DNA of 64,000 nucleotides from Sphyrna mokarran (taxonomy: Eukaryota), in the NCBI GenBank assembly GCA_024679065.1, contig JAGIQG010000014.1, positions 7,440,001 to 7,504,000 on the forward strand, in the 5' to 3' direction. The notes below the pieces were generated by a model. It saw nothing but the letters and a program-made list of their open reading frames with translations. It searched no databases and was not told the origin of the DNA. Positions 53,175 through 64,000 of this stretch are shown here, in pieces (positions within the stretch are counted from its first letter, which is position 1; each line of letters begins with the position of its first letter). The position numbers and the translations under genes were made by a program.

Positions 53175-54440
53175 CACATATGGTGTAAGAAAGTAGCTCC
53201 AGTTTAATCTTGTGGTGTAATACTGCATCTATAATTCCCGTGGTTTACATAGGCACTGCGATTTTAAGGCAGTGCACGCAGTATGAGTAACTCTCTTTAG
53301 AGTCAGTAAGCACCTGCAATGTAAGGCAGAAACTGCGGGATAAGGCATTAACTGCAATATCTGTAGTGCAAATCATTAGCTGTGATGCAAAGCAGTACCT
53401 GTTGTGCATTAAAATTCCTGTGCATAAGACCGTATCGCGTTTGCAAGAAAGCAGCTTCGGTGTAGAAACTGTTGTACAATGCAATATCGGTGGTTCAAGG
53501 CAGTACCTTCGGTTCCAGCAGTATTGTTCTGTAAGAAAGCAACTCTGTTTTCAAGGAGAACCTATGGTGTGAGACATTGGCTGCGGAGTTAGATAGAAAC
53601 TGTGATGTAACAGAAACTGTGGTGTAAGGCAGTATCTGCGGTGTAAGGCAGAACCATTGGTGTAAGAGATATCTGTTTTATAAGGAAGAATATGAAAGGA
53701 ATGGCAGTAGCTGTGCTGCGGTGCATCGCTTGTTTGTAAGGCAGAACCTGTGGTGCAAGATAGTGCTTGAAATGTAATCAGTATCTGCTGTTTCCGGCAA
53801 TAGCTACCGTGTAAGCAGTTCCCTGCGGTGTACCTGTTGTGTAAGGAAGTAGTTTAAGTGCGAAACAGCATCTTTGGTGCAAAGCCGCACCTGTGGTATA
53901 ATGCAGTGTCGCTGTTCAAGGTAACAGGTGCGGTGTAATTTGGTACTTGTGGTGTAAGAAATATGTGGTACAAGGCAGCCACTATGTTTTAAGGGAGGAA
54001 CTGTGGTGTATGCATTGCCTGCGACGTAAGGCAGTACGTGATGTGTGAGGTAATGCCTGCGGCATTAGGCAGAAGCGACAGCAAAAGGCAGTAGTGTGGT
54101 CCAACATAGTGCCTGCAGTGCAGGACGATTCCTGTCGTGCAATAAATCATCTGTGCTGGAAGGTGGTACATCTGGTTTAAGGTTGTACCTGCGGTGAGCC
54201 TGTGGAGAAAGTATGAGATAGTCCCAGTGGTGTGAGCAATACCTGCTGTGTAATGTTGCAACTGTAGTGTAATGAGTACCTGCGGTGTAGGCAGTAGCTA
54301 TGGTGCAACGCAGTTCCTGTAGTTTAAACCAGTATGCGGTGTAAGAAAGCAGCTACAATGTAAGGCAATAGATGCGCTGCAAGGCAATACTTGTGATGTA
54401 TCATAGAAAATGCGGCATAAGACTTTCTGTACACTGTACG
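53175..54440 (+). repeat. Degenerate ~19-bp minisatellite, right block (~1.25 kb)
   Basis: Clear adjacent units at ~53617: ctgtggtgtaaggcagtat|ctgcggtgtaaggcagaac. Variants continue to ~54440. Confidence 0.85.
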
Positions 54441-54675
54441 GCAGCTAGGACTGATGCCAACCCATTTTACTCCACTGATGAATGATATCATTCGTATTTT
54501 CTGTGCACACTGATTGGAGAAAGCCGCTACAGAAAGAAACACCAAAAATTACTGGCGAATAGCAGTAGGCATCAGAAGATACAACAGAAATAGCCCAGTG
54601 CTTCTGATGTCTGTTATTTAAAGAGACGCATTATATTTTTGTTGCAGGAAGTTCGGCATTCAAACATGTACTTCA

Positions 54676-55607
54676 CTACTGCCTGAACAGGAAGACAAGC
54701 CTTAATTTTACACTTTTTTGCAACATCACAATTATTGTCCAAGGAGATTTCACGATCTTCTTCAGCTCTTCCCTGAATTTAGCTTGTGTAGCTGCATAAA
54801 TGCACGTATTTGTGCATGAACTTAAATGAATGAGCAGTGTTCCGGTTTCAGCGGCGATATATGCAGCAGATGTGTAATCCCGCCGGATAAAAACAAGCAT
54901 CCGACTGGCTAGATAACTAATGACTCTTGTCGCCCACAACAATAAAAAGCTACTAGAAATAGTGAACAACAAAATAATGGATTTCCTTCTGTTCCGTATC
55001 TCTAGATCATTCTGATTCTCACTGTTTTGACCCCGGAGGCCCGCACGGGCTTTGCTGGACAACAAAATCCTTCTGACTGTCAAAAAATTACATAGTAATA
55101 TCAAAATGAAGGGAATCCAATTCAATAAGATACTTTGTAACAAGACAACCGCATCACCAATTTGAGAAGTATAAAAATCCTGGCTAGGGACGACACCCCA
55201 CTGAACACCATTTATTGTGCTTTTATGTTCAAATGCAAACCAAATGTACAAGTTCTGTAAATAGATAAGGACTGAGGATGTTGTTAAAACTGCAGTCGCT
55301 ATTCTCGCTGTGCAATAGATTGTTTTAAACTTCTGACTACATATAGCAATATATCGATCAAACGTGAATGAGACTGTAAACCATACTGACATGTATAGGT
55401 TATTACAAAGCATATATATCATTAATTTGCAAACAACAGTGTAGAAGAGGAATGAATTTGGAAAACGTCTTCCCAGAACGTTGTACAGAATTACATTGAT
55501 GAGCATCACCAACAAATCTGCTATTGCCATGGCCAACATATAGATCGAGACACATCTGGAAAGGCCGCAATTTCCTTTGGCGAGGATCACGATGGTCACG
55601 AAATTCG
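54676..55607 (-). CDS. GPR139/GPR142-like class A GPCR, gene 4, coding exon 2 (spliced protein 333 aa)
   Basis: Minus-strand acceptor ...tttttacag|CG AAT TTC GTG (G+CG = Ala, then Asn). Intact ORF with AMAIADLL, SVWFTVSFTFDRYIAIC, LLWATR, SCTNTCIYA. Confidence 0.93.
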
Positions 55608-56169
55608 CTGTAAAAACGAGGGAGAAGAGACAAGTAATGGAAATAGTCTGGTAACTTTTTTTGTTTATATATATTTTTATATATAAACAACTTGAGCATA
55701 CTTTAGTGAAATGTTTGGATGCACGTTTTCTTGGTTATAGACATGGACTCAGTCTATTGTACAAACGAGAAACGGTGATATATTTATCAAAATGGGCACC
55801 ATAAACTCAATATTTAGGCACGTGCGATGTTCTCCCAGTTACAATAACTTAAATATATTTTTTTCCACATCTTGAAGGGAGGGTCGCCGGATTCAGTCTA
55901 CAGAATGTTAATGCAAAGTTCCCTTCAGCACCATCGACAACAAAAAAAAAAGAGTCTCAAATGGGATCAATTATGATTTCGGAGAAATGTATAAATCGGG
56001 TGATCTTGGATCAGCTTTCTTCTATCTATGCCGATTTAATTACAGTAAACATTACTCCTGACATTGGTCTGAGACTCCATTCACCCTAAGTCTAAATCAC
56101 ACCTCCTACGAAGTGCTCTAAGGACAATCCCCAGAAAAGAAAGTCTGGTTTGTTCAATACATTGTACAT

Positions 56170-57260
56170 TTCGTCATTTCCTCAGTGACTGCCCGAGGCT
56201 CAAACTCATTAAGCTGCTTCGCCTTGACTTTTCTTCCCCACTATAAGGTCAGAAGTGGGAATGATCATTGATGGCTGCATAATATATAGTATCACACGTG
56301 AGACTTTAGATCCTGAAGCAGCCCGTGTCCAAATGCAGCAAGATCTGGACAACATCCAGGTTTGGGCTGACAATTGGGGAGTAATGGCAGTGTCACGCAA
56401 ATTTCGGGTAATGACCGCCTACATCAATACACAATCTAATCATTTCCTCTTGACATTCAATGCCATCACTGTGTCCGCAACTATTAGCATCAACCATAAA
56501 CACAACCTGAACTGGGCGAACCATATGAAAAAAAAAATGAAGTTCAGAAAATCTCAGCAAATCTGACACCTCCCGTCGAGGAAGAAAACAGTCCCCGTTT
56601 TTCTAACATTCCCTACTTTTGTTTCAGATTCCCGCATTCACAGTATTTTGCTTATTTTAGCAAACAAAGAGTGTCCGCAAGAGCAGATCAGCGGTTAGGA
56701 ATCCTGCGGTGAATAACAGACCTCTTGTCTCCCAAAATCCTATGCACTGTTTATAAGTTGATGGAGTGATGGCATACTCTCCAGTTACCTGCACGAGGGC
56801 AGCTCCAAAGACACTCAAGATGTCCTAGACCATGCAGGGCGAAGCAGACAGTTGGGATGCTAACACGTCCATAAAATGTTAACTACCTTTACCGCAGACA
56901 CGCTGTAGCATCCCTGTGCAGCATTTACAGGAACTCACTTGGCAACTTACACAGCATTATACGAAAACCTCGACTACTACCATCTTGAAAGTAACGGGCA
57001 GCAGATATATGGGAACATCATCATCTTAATATTCTCCCAAAGTCACGCACCAATCTTAGTGGAAAATATATCGCCGTTCTTTCACTGTAATTGTGTTAAA
57101 ATCTTGGAACTCTCTTTCCCTCTACCAGCACTGTGGGTATACTTACAACTTGGACAGCAGCGAATCAGGTAGACAGCTCAACACCCGCATTCGAAGGACA
57201 GCGAAAAACGAACAATAAAGTACATCGGTGCCCACATCACACAAATGAATAAAATAACGG
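56170..57260 (+). mobile_element. CR1/L2-group LINE 3' fragment in the gene 4 intron
   Basis: MQQDLDNIQVWADNWGV motif. The 3' end matches the family at 15100-16480. Confidence 0.78.
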
Positions 57261-57859
57261 CAACCAAACAAATTATTGATTTCTATATAGTAATTCCCTG
57301 TGCTGTAGCTCTGACAACCAAATCCATCCACCACGATGCTTGTGTCAAGTGATGCACCAACAAATTGCATAGCGAACGTCGCGGCACGGCGGGGCAATCG
57401 AATTGAATTTAGTGTCTTAAGTTTACTTGAAGAAGGGGTATCTCATGAGCTGCATCCAATATCAGGGGTGCTTAACGTCATACTCGCACATTACGGAAAT
57501 AAGTCTTTCAAATAAATCAGTGAGTTGAGAAAAAAAAGATTGAAATTAATTCGAGACGGTGGGATTCTATTGTTTATCTTGGGGCGCAGAAAGGGAAATA
57601 GCGGATCGGGAAAACTAATTTGCAGCTCTGAGAAGACAAGCAGCCTCCTGAGCAGGGATTATTCTTTGAAATGTTATCCAATGATTTTCGCTTTCTGGAG
57701 AGGCCGCATTTCGCGGTATTAACATTTTTAAGGGTTAACAATACAGATTCTCACTGCAAATAAATCGCATACAGATCTATGAACTGTTGGAAAGAAAGAG
57801 AATCAGCCTCGATCTCCGTAAATGAGAGAATGGAAGTTAAACTCCCGGTGTCACAATCT

Positions 57860-59139
57860 TCTGAGCTGAGTTAGGCAAATTGGGATTTTTTTCCTTAGAA
57901 AGACATAGACTTCGAGGAGATCTAATGGAGGTGTAGAAGATTATGAGGAGTATAGATAGAGTAAACAGGGTTTCGCTTTTTACTAGGATGGACTCGAATA
58001 ACACGAGGAGTCACGGGTTTCGGGTGAGGGGGGTAAGGTATAATTTGGATGCTAGAGGGAGTTTTTTCACACAGAGGGTGGTGGGGTATATGGGATTTAA
58101 TGGGATTGGGAGTTACAGATAGTTCTATGGCCTGGTAGGTATGGATATGATCGGTGCAACTTGTGGGTCGAAGGCCCTATTTGTGCTGTAGTGTTCTATG
58201 TTCTATACCTTCTCCAAAGCATTCACATCCTCCTGGTAGTGTGGTGACCAGAATTGTACACAATATTCTACACGAGACAGCATGACTTGCCGATTTTTAT
58301 GCTCAGTGCCCCGACTGATGAAGCTGAGCATGCTGTATGTTTTCTTGACTGCCTTCCCCACCTGCGTTACCACTGTCAGTGATCTGTGGACATGGATATG
58401 TCATTCGGACGTTAGGATGGCGGCGTGGGCTCGTTGGGCCGAAGGGCCTGTTTCCCGTGCTGTGTTGTTCTTTGTTTTTTGTTTGTTCTTTGTTCTTTGG
58501 GTATGGAATGCACTGCCAAGTAGAGTGGTGGAGGCAGGTACTATGGCGTTATTTAAGAAATCTTAGATGGGCACATGAATGGGAATGGAGGGGTATAGAA
58601 AACTGATTTAAAATAGGGATCATGAGGCTTGGGAGTCCCTGGGAAGTTTGTAAATAGGTGATGATATTGATGTACTTGTTTTTATTCTACAGGTGCTTTG
58701 GTACACCTTGTTGGCTAACAAGGGGCATACACGCGATGGGTCGTGAGAGGATTTTTTTTCGAGTTTCCTAGTGCTTCACGACGTTAGTGTACGCTTGACC
58801 TGGACCATTTGATGGGCAACATGACAGCTCAGTGACTATCGCTGCGCTGTGCAGATACATCGATTTGGGCCTGTGTCTGTGGGAGTTTGCACATTCTGCC
58901 CGTGCTTGCGTGGGTTTTCTCCGGGCGCTCTGGTTTCCTCCCACATCCCAAAGTTGTGCTCTTAGGCTAATTGGCAAAACAAATTTTCCCTAAATTGTCT
59001 CAAGCTTGGTTTTTAATCCATAGATCTATAAACATAGACAGGGATCACGGGTAGAGGTGGGAACATCGGGGTGACGGCGCGGGCTCGTTGGGCCGAAGGG
59101 CCTGTTTCCCGTGCTGTTTTGTTCTTTGTTCTTTGTTCT
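57860..59139 (+). mobile_element. CR1 LINE with a V-SINE-derived 3' UTR and (TTCTTTG)n tail, interrupted by a chimeric insert at 58096-58499
   Basis: Homologous to the reverse complement of 12547-13430. RGDLMEV..IMR and FFTQRVVG | VWNALPSRVVEAG motifs. Confidence 0.9.
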
Positions 59140-59307
59140 TGAACAGCGGCTCATGGGTCATGCGAACCGTTGAGACTCCCACTGATATTCAACAATTTAT
59201 CTCGGCAGAGAAAAGACATTGCAATAATGACCTTCTCGCATTCAGTTGCTGAATTAGTGAACGGTGAGAACTCCGCAACCAAAAGGCAAAATCGTGCATT
59301 GACTTAC

Positions 59308-59377
59308 CGGGAGCACCAAAAGCTGCCAGCACAGGATAGAAAAGCTCCTTGATCTCTGTAATTAATGGGCGGGCCAT
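59308..59377 (-). CDS. GPR139-like GPCR gene 4, coding exon 1 (MARPLITEIKELFYPVLAAFGAP + G)
   Basis: 70-nt exon ending CCCG|GTAAGT on the minus strand. Same length and phase as the other three. Confidence 0.9.
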
Positions 59378-59447
59378 TGCGATTTCAAGAAGAATGCAAA
59401 TGTTTCACTAGATGCACCGTTGTATGTAAGATTCGTATATGCTTCCC

Positions 59448-59454
59448 TTTTATA
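59448..59454 (-). promoter_or_regulatory. Candidate TATA box of gene 4
   Basis: TATAAAA(GGG) on the minus strand, 77 nt upstream of the ATG at 59377. Confidence 0.35.
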
Positions 59455-61279
59455 ATGTAATACATTCCCTGAGGGGAGAAAAATCAGGATACGCATGAAT
59501 TGCGTCAGTTTCAGCAACTTAACGCAAAAGGTCCCTTTCATCTGAAGGGAACCCGGGTTGGCCAATCGACGCACTGTCAGTCCATGAAGCTCCGCCAGTT
59601 AACATGAGTGGTCAGAAAGGAATCCCAGAGTACGTGCTCTGCGTTAGTTCCCAGACGACAGGATAGAACATCACCATCGATACAATGTTTGATTCTGCCA
59701 GCTTCATCATGCACTTGTTTAAACGTGAGCATTTAATGCACAGCTTACATGTATTTCGCTTCTGATTCCACAAATTTTCATTGTGACAATTCGTGGCGAA
59801 TCAACGTTTTTATTTGTGACAATTATATTATTTTCCCGGGTATTTGCTACAATCTGAATTGTAGGAAATAAACTACAAATTTACCATTAGTGTTAATATC
59901 TCATTATCAATGTTAACTGAACTTAAACATATTGAACTACTGAATTATGACTTGAGGTGATACTATTTCAGAGTGCCCTGCGCCAACCCGTGAAATATCG
60001 ATTAGATTTGGTATCATTCTTTGTCAACCCTCTGACCCACCAGTAAAAATGTGAGAAACAGCGCTTGACACAGCTTGATGGACACTGAACGAGTGACAGC
60101 AAGCTACCGCTGGCGATTGATCCCAGTGCAGCCGAGCTACAAAGAAAATTTCAGAGTGCTTTGAGGGATTTCATTGACCTCAACTCAAACTTTACCTCTT
60201 TGAGATTTCCATCCATCAATAAGCGATGAAAGCAGTTCCTTGCCGTGTGGTCACGGAATTTCATTCAATGAAACAGTTTTTTTGCAGGAGTCTTCCCTGA
60301 CCACTTAGCCAGTATTTAATTTGACCAAATGTTTGTTGTCCCTGGACGAGCAATGCCTCCATTTTAACTCCAGGTTCCTAAATTCAAATCCCTCAGGGCC
60401 GCGCTGTTGCGCATCTCAATCATGAATTCCACCCAAAGAATTACTGAGCTTTACTATTATCTTATCTTTGCATTTTGGACATTGCTCGAATTTGACATTC
60501 GGATTTTCAACTAAATTGGCCTAAAATTCCAAATCACGAGTTTTTTTCTCCCTTAAGAATCTATAGCAACCCTTCATATTTGAACAAGATTTTGTTGAGA
60601 GAGCTGATGTGTCCTTCTGTGGTCAGAGTCAGTGTTTTTACCATGTTTTCTATGGTAACTCTTTTCGCAAGAAGGTTGAAAAATTGGTTACTTTAACGAC
60701 GCTTCAAAGACAAGTTGCTTTTGCCAAGAATAATACCAATTATATTTAACTCTACTTAGTGGACCATACGAAAAAACGAATTTGGATTTGGACTATGCCC
60801 TTCAAAGTCTGCTTGACCATTTTATATGTTTCAGGCTGATCTGGTTGTAATTACAATCCAACATTCCTCGTAAAACCGATTATTTTTCACTCCCTTGATA
60901 CTCAAAAGAAAATCTCGCTCAGCTTTAAAATTATTCAAAGACTGTCCTTGGATTTGGAGAAAGACTAGAACTGGCACACAACCAAAGAGGACAGAGAATC
61001 AAAATCTCATCTCAGCCTTCATTTAGCGACCACTTTTGTTTTACGCTTGCACTCCTCTTTCCAGATTTTCTTACAAGAAGAAATATCTTCTCCACCTTCA
61101 CTCATTAATGCCCCTCAGGATGTAAAAGGTTTTGTTCAAGTCATCCATTACTCTTGTCAATTCTTGAGAATGCAATGTTAACCTCTCCACTCTTCCATCA
61201 TCAAACAAGTCAGTTATTCCCAGCGTTCGTGTAGTCTCGATTATTCCTTAAGTATTGAAGAAGATCATTTTCATTTGTC

Positions 61280-64000
61280 ATTCAGGCGCTGTGCTGACCA
61301 TATGTGGAGGTCGCTAATGGGCCCGATCTTCGTAGGTTCCAGTGTAGTGAGGGCAATGTGGCTTGCAGGTCGTCGACGACACTACTTTTGTTTTTTTACA
61401 TATCATGTGTTTGACATTATCCATTACCTCTCGAATGCTTATGCAGAGTTGGAAATTACACCCTTCCAGGCTCAGAGGTCTCGGGGAACCGTCTTGCCTG
61501 ATGCATTGTCACTTTTAAAGCCCTGAATGATAACTTGCAAGGCAAGTTTCTTCTTGGCACCACTGAAGCGTACTCTATTTTTCATTTCAGCACCGAGGAT
61601 TTGAGGGGGAATCGTTTGTCTGGCATTCTGGCGACTGCTTCAATTCATCAGAGCAGTTTTTCTAATAACATTGTGAAAATCCTGACCATTCCGGGTCTTC
61701 CGAGGACCTGTATGTCTGGGAATTTGTCCTGCGTCCTGATTTTGTGACGTTTGTTGAGGCAGCAAAGGTAGAAGAGATGAATTTCACTCTGCGTCAGCTG
61801 TAGCCGGTCCAGGTCTCATTCTTGCAGAAAAGAATGGAGCTTGTTGTTGTTCAGTTGACATTGAACACGGCACTTACCTTCACCCCTCCACTTCCGGTAA
61901 TGAACGGCAACGTGTTGGTAATTCTGGCATTGGGCTCGTCATCCATCTGAACATAACGTGTGGAAATGCTGCATATTCGGATGAACTTGTCCACAGGCCG
62001 CAACCTCTGTTTGTTTACTCTCAGTGCTAGCTCTTAATGGAGCTTTACTTGGAGCAGGTTGAAACATGACCTACATCTTCTTTATACTGATGGTAAGACC
62101 GAACTTATCGCATGGAGCAGAAGAATTATGCATGACTCACTGAAAGCATTTAGTGCACAGACGCCAGCATTTTAAAATTCATATAATCTATCATTGAGGA
62201 ACTTCGTCTTGACTCGGTGGCATCGCAAGTTGAAAATCCGGCTGTCTATTCCATAGCTGATTTCTATGCCTAATCCTTAGACTCGATGGCATCAGTGCGC
62301 ACGGCTAACAACATAAGGACTAGTCCCAGTACGCAGCAGTGTTACACTCCATTGATGACAGTGAACAGGGCCGAAATCACATTGTCAAGAAGGAGGCAGG
62401 CGTGCATGCCATTGTGCAACCATCGAATCATCAGATTCAATTAGTCTGAAAACTCAAATTTCTTCATAATTTTCCAGAGCCCTTCGCTGCTGACAATTTC
62501 GAAGACTTGACTAAATCGATGAATTTGGCGCATTGTTCAGCATTTTGTTTTGGGCATTTCTTCTGCATTTGGCAAAGAACACACACCATGTCGACGGCTT
62601 CAATTCTGTTTCTTTTTCCCTTGACCCACACTGGCTCTCCGGAAAGAACCTTGCTCAGGTCAGTCGGTTTAGAAGAATTCTGGCCAAGTCTTTTCCGGAA
62701 ACAGTCAGCACATATAATCAGTTGTGTTTTCACAGGATTGGAAATTGACTTTATTTTTGCAGACCTCAGCAAAGAAGCAGTCATTGAAGTACTGTGAAAT
62801 GGCCCTTTCCTACCATGTAACTTCAACGGTGGGTGTACTTTCTGAGCCTCTATGATGCACCACATCTATAGATTTCTGCTGGAATTTGATCTGCTCCAGG
62901 AACTTTGTCATTTGACAATTACTCAAAAGCTTTCTCTCTTTCAAACAGTGTCGATGGAGTGCCGAGACAAACGGTGGAATTGACCTGGAGATGTTTACTT
63001 ATACTTCATTAATATGAGACAGTCAATTGAGGACATTATTGAAAGACGCAACCATCTCTAACATCAGAAATTACAATATGAGTATTGTCGTCTCTGAAAT
63101 ACTGAATAGCGGAGAACAATTATCTGGGTGAGCCGGAAGGATCATCTTGACAGATTTGTAGTGGTGCCTCATGTAATTTTTGTCAACTCAAGTTTGCGTT
63201 TCATCTGCCTTTTGTTTCAGCCACTTGCCCTGCATCTCACGTAGTCTGCCTCGAACTGTGCTGCAAATGGTGTCATAAACAATTCTTTTGCCTCCGATTT
63301 TTTCATTTAGGTATTCTCTGTATAATTTGTATTTTTCTTCGAAATGATACCGGATTTCAGGGCCATTTTCATCAAAACAGTCCTGGTGCTTTCTCTTTGT
63401 GCGACCCAATAACCGTTAAGCTGTGTCAGACACACAATCCCGCCAAAAAACGCTAAAGTCCCTCGATCTTGTCTTTGGGTTTCTGAAGGTCACTTGGTCG
63501 CCTTACATCATGTGTGACTTGCAGTTGGGTGTGGTCGATCCTCAAGTTTGAGATTTTCAGTCGTTCGGCGATCGTATTCCCTTGAGGCCCTCACTCTAGC
63601 TGAAACTTCAGACATTGGAGATAACATACTTGTGCTCAATCCAACAATCGGTGTCACACATTGTCTGAATAATTCTCACATCCTGTCTGACATCTTTCCT
63701 GACAATTCTGTAGTTCATGAGATTCCAATGGCCAGTTTTCGCGTCAACACTTTCGGGACTTCTGAATTTGACATGGGAGCCAGAAATCTGGGCCAGGGAG
63801 AAGAAGCTCATGCTTAGCGTTGAATTGCAAGCGTAGCAGACTATTGCTGTTGCTTTTGCTAAATGCTTTTCAGGATCACACCTCTCCAAGTTTGGTTATC
63901 TGTGCTGACTGTGACATTAAAGTTACCTATTTTTGTTCAGCTTGTCGATGTCGCTATAGTCAGGGAGTGGAGCCTTCACAGAATCCACGTTTAATGAATT
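61280..64000 (-). mobile_element. RTE-clade LINE remnant (endonuclease to RT), running off the window end
   Basis: RKHQDCFDENGPEI, DTDCWIEH, QMQKKC...FIDLVK motifs, and GLTISIKK-like sequence at ~62080-62105. Confidence 0.8.

Noticed and set aside
53175-54440. Possible CRISPR-like or coding repeat array
   Set aside because: The context is eukaryotic, the units are contiguous and degenerate with no constant-repeat/unique-spacer pattern, and there is no long ORF.
59462-59478. Olf/EBF-like site (ttccctgagggga) upstream of gene 4
   Set aside because: The spacing does not match TCCCNNGGGA and no equivalent was seen upstream of the other three genes.

Overview
AT-rich vertebrate genomic DNA. The repeat content (HE1-type V-SINEs, abundant CR1 LINEs, Rex/Babar and RTE fragments) points to a cartilaginous fish (inference). 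The window holds a cluster of four two-exon class A GPCR genes of the GPR139/GPR142-like type. Each has a 70-nt coding exon 1 (23 aa + 1 nt) and a phase-1 intron inside TM1, and a ~930-nt exon 2 encodes the rest. Gene 1 is 2955-3024 + 8385-9316 (+, 333 aa, GC-AG intron). Gene 2 is 19797-19866 + 25900-~26825 (+, three 1-bp deletions, probable pseudogene). Gene 3 is 35848-35917 + 40772-41709 (+, 335 aa). Gene 4 is 59377-59308 + 55607-54676 (-, 333 aa). Genes 2 and 3 lie in a ~13.6-kb tandem segmental duplication (~17290-30870 vs ~33335-47060). The most interesting points are: (1) the receptor cluster looks like a birth-and-death, possibly chemosensory expansion, with subfamily-specific rewiring of extracellular cysteines and TM6 motifs; (2) a CR1 LINE family carries a degenerate V-SINE as its 3' UTR; (3) a solo LTR with a 5-bp TSD, a templated intronic insertion and a chimeric retro-insertion are visible by comparing copies; (4) a degenerate ~19-bp minisatellite is split by LINE insertions. 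Repeat boundaries are approximate and family names come from motif recognition, not database searches.
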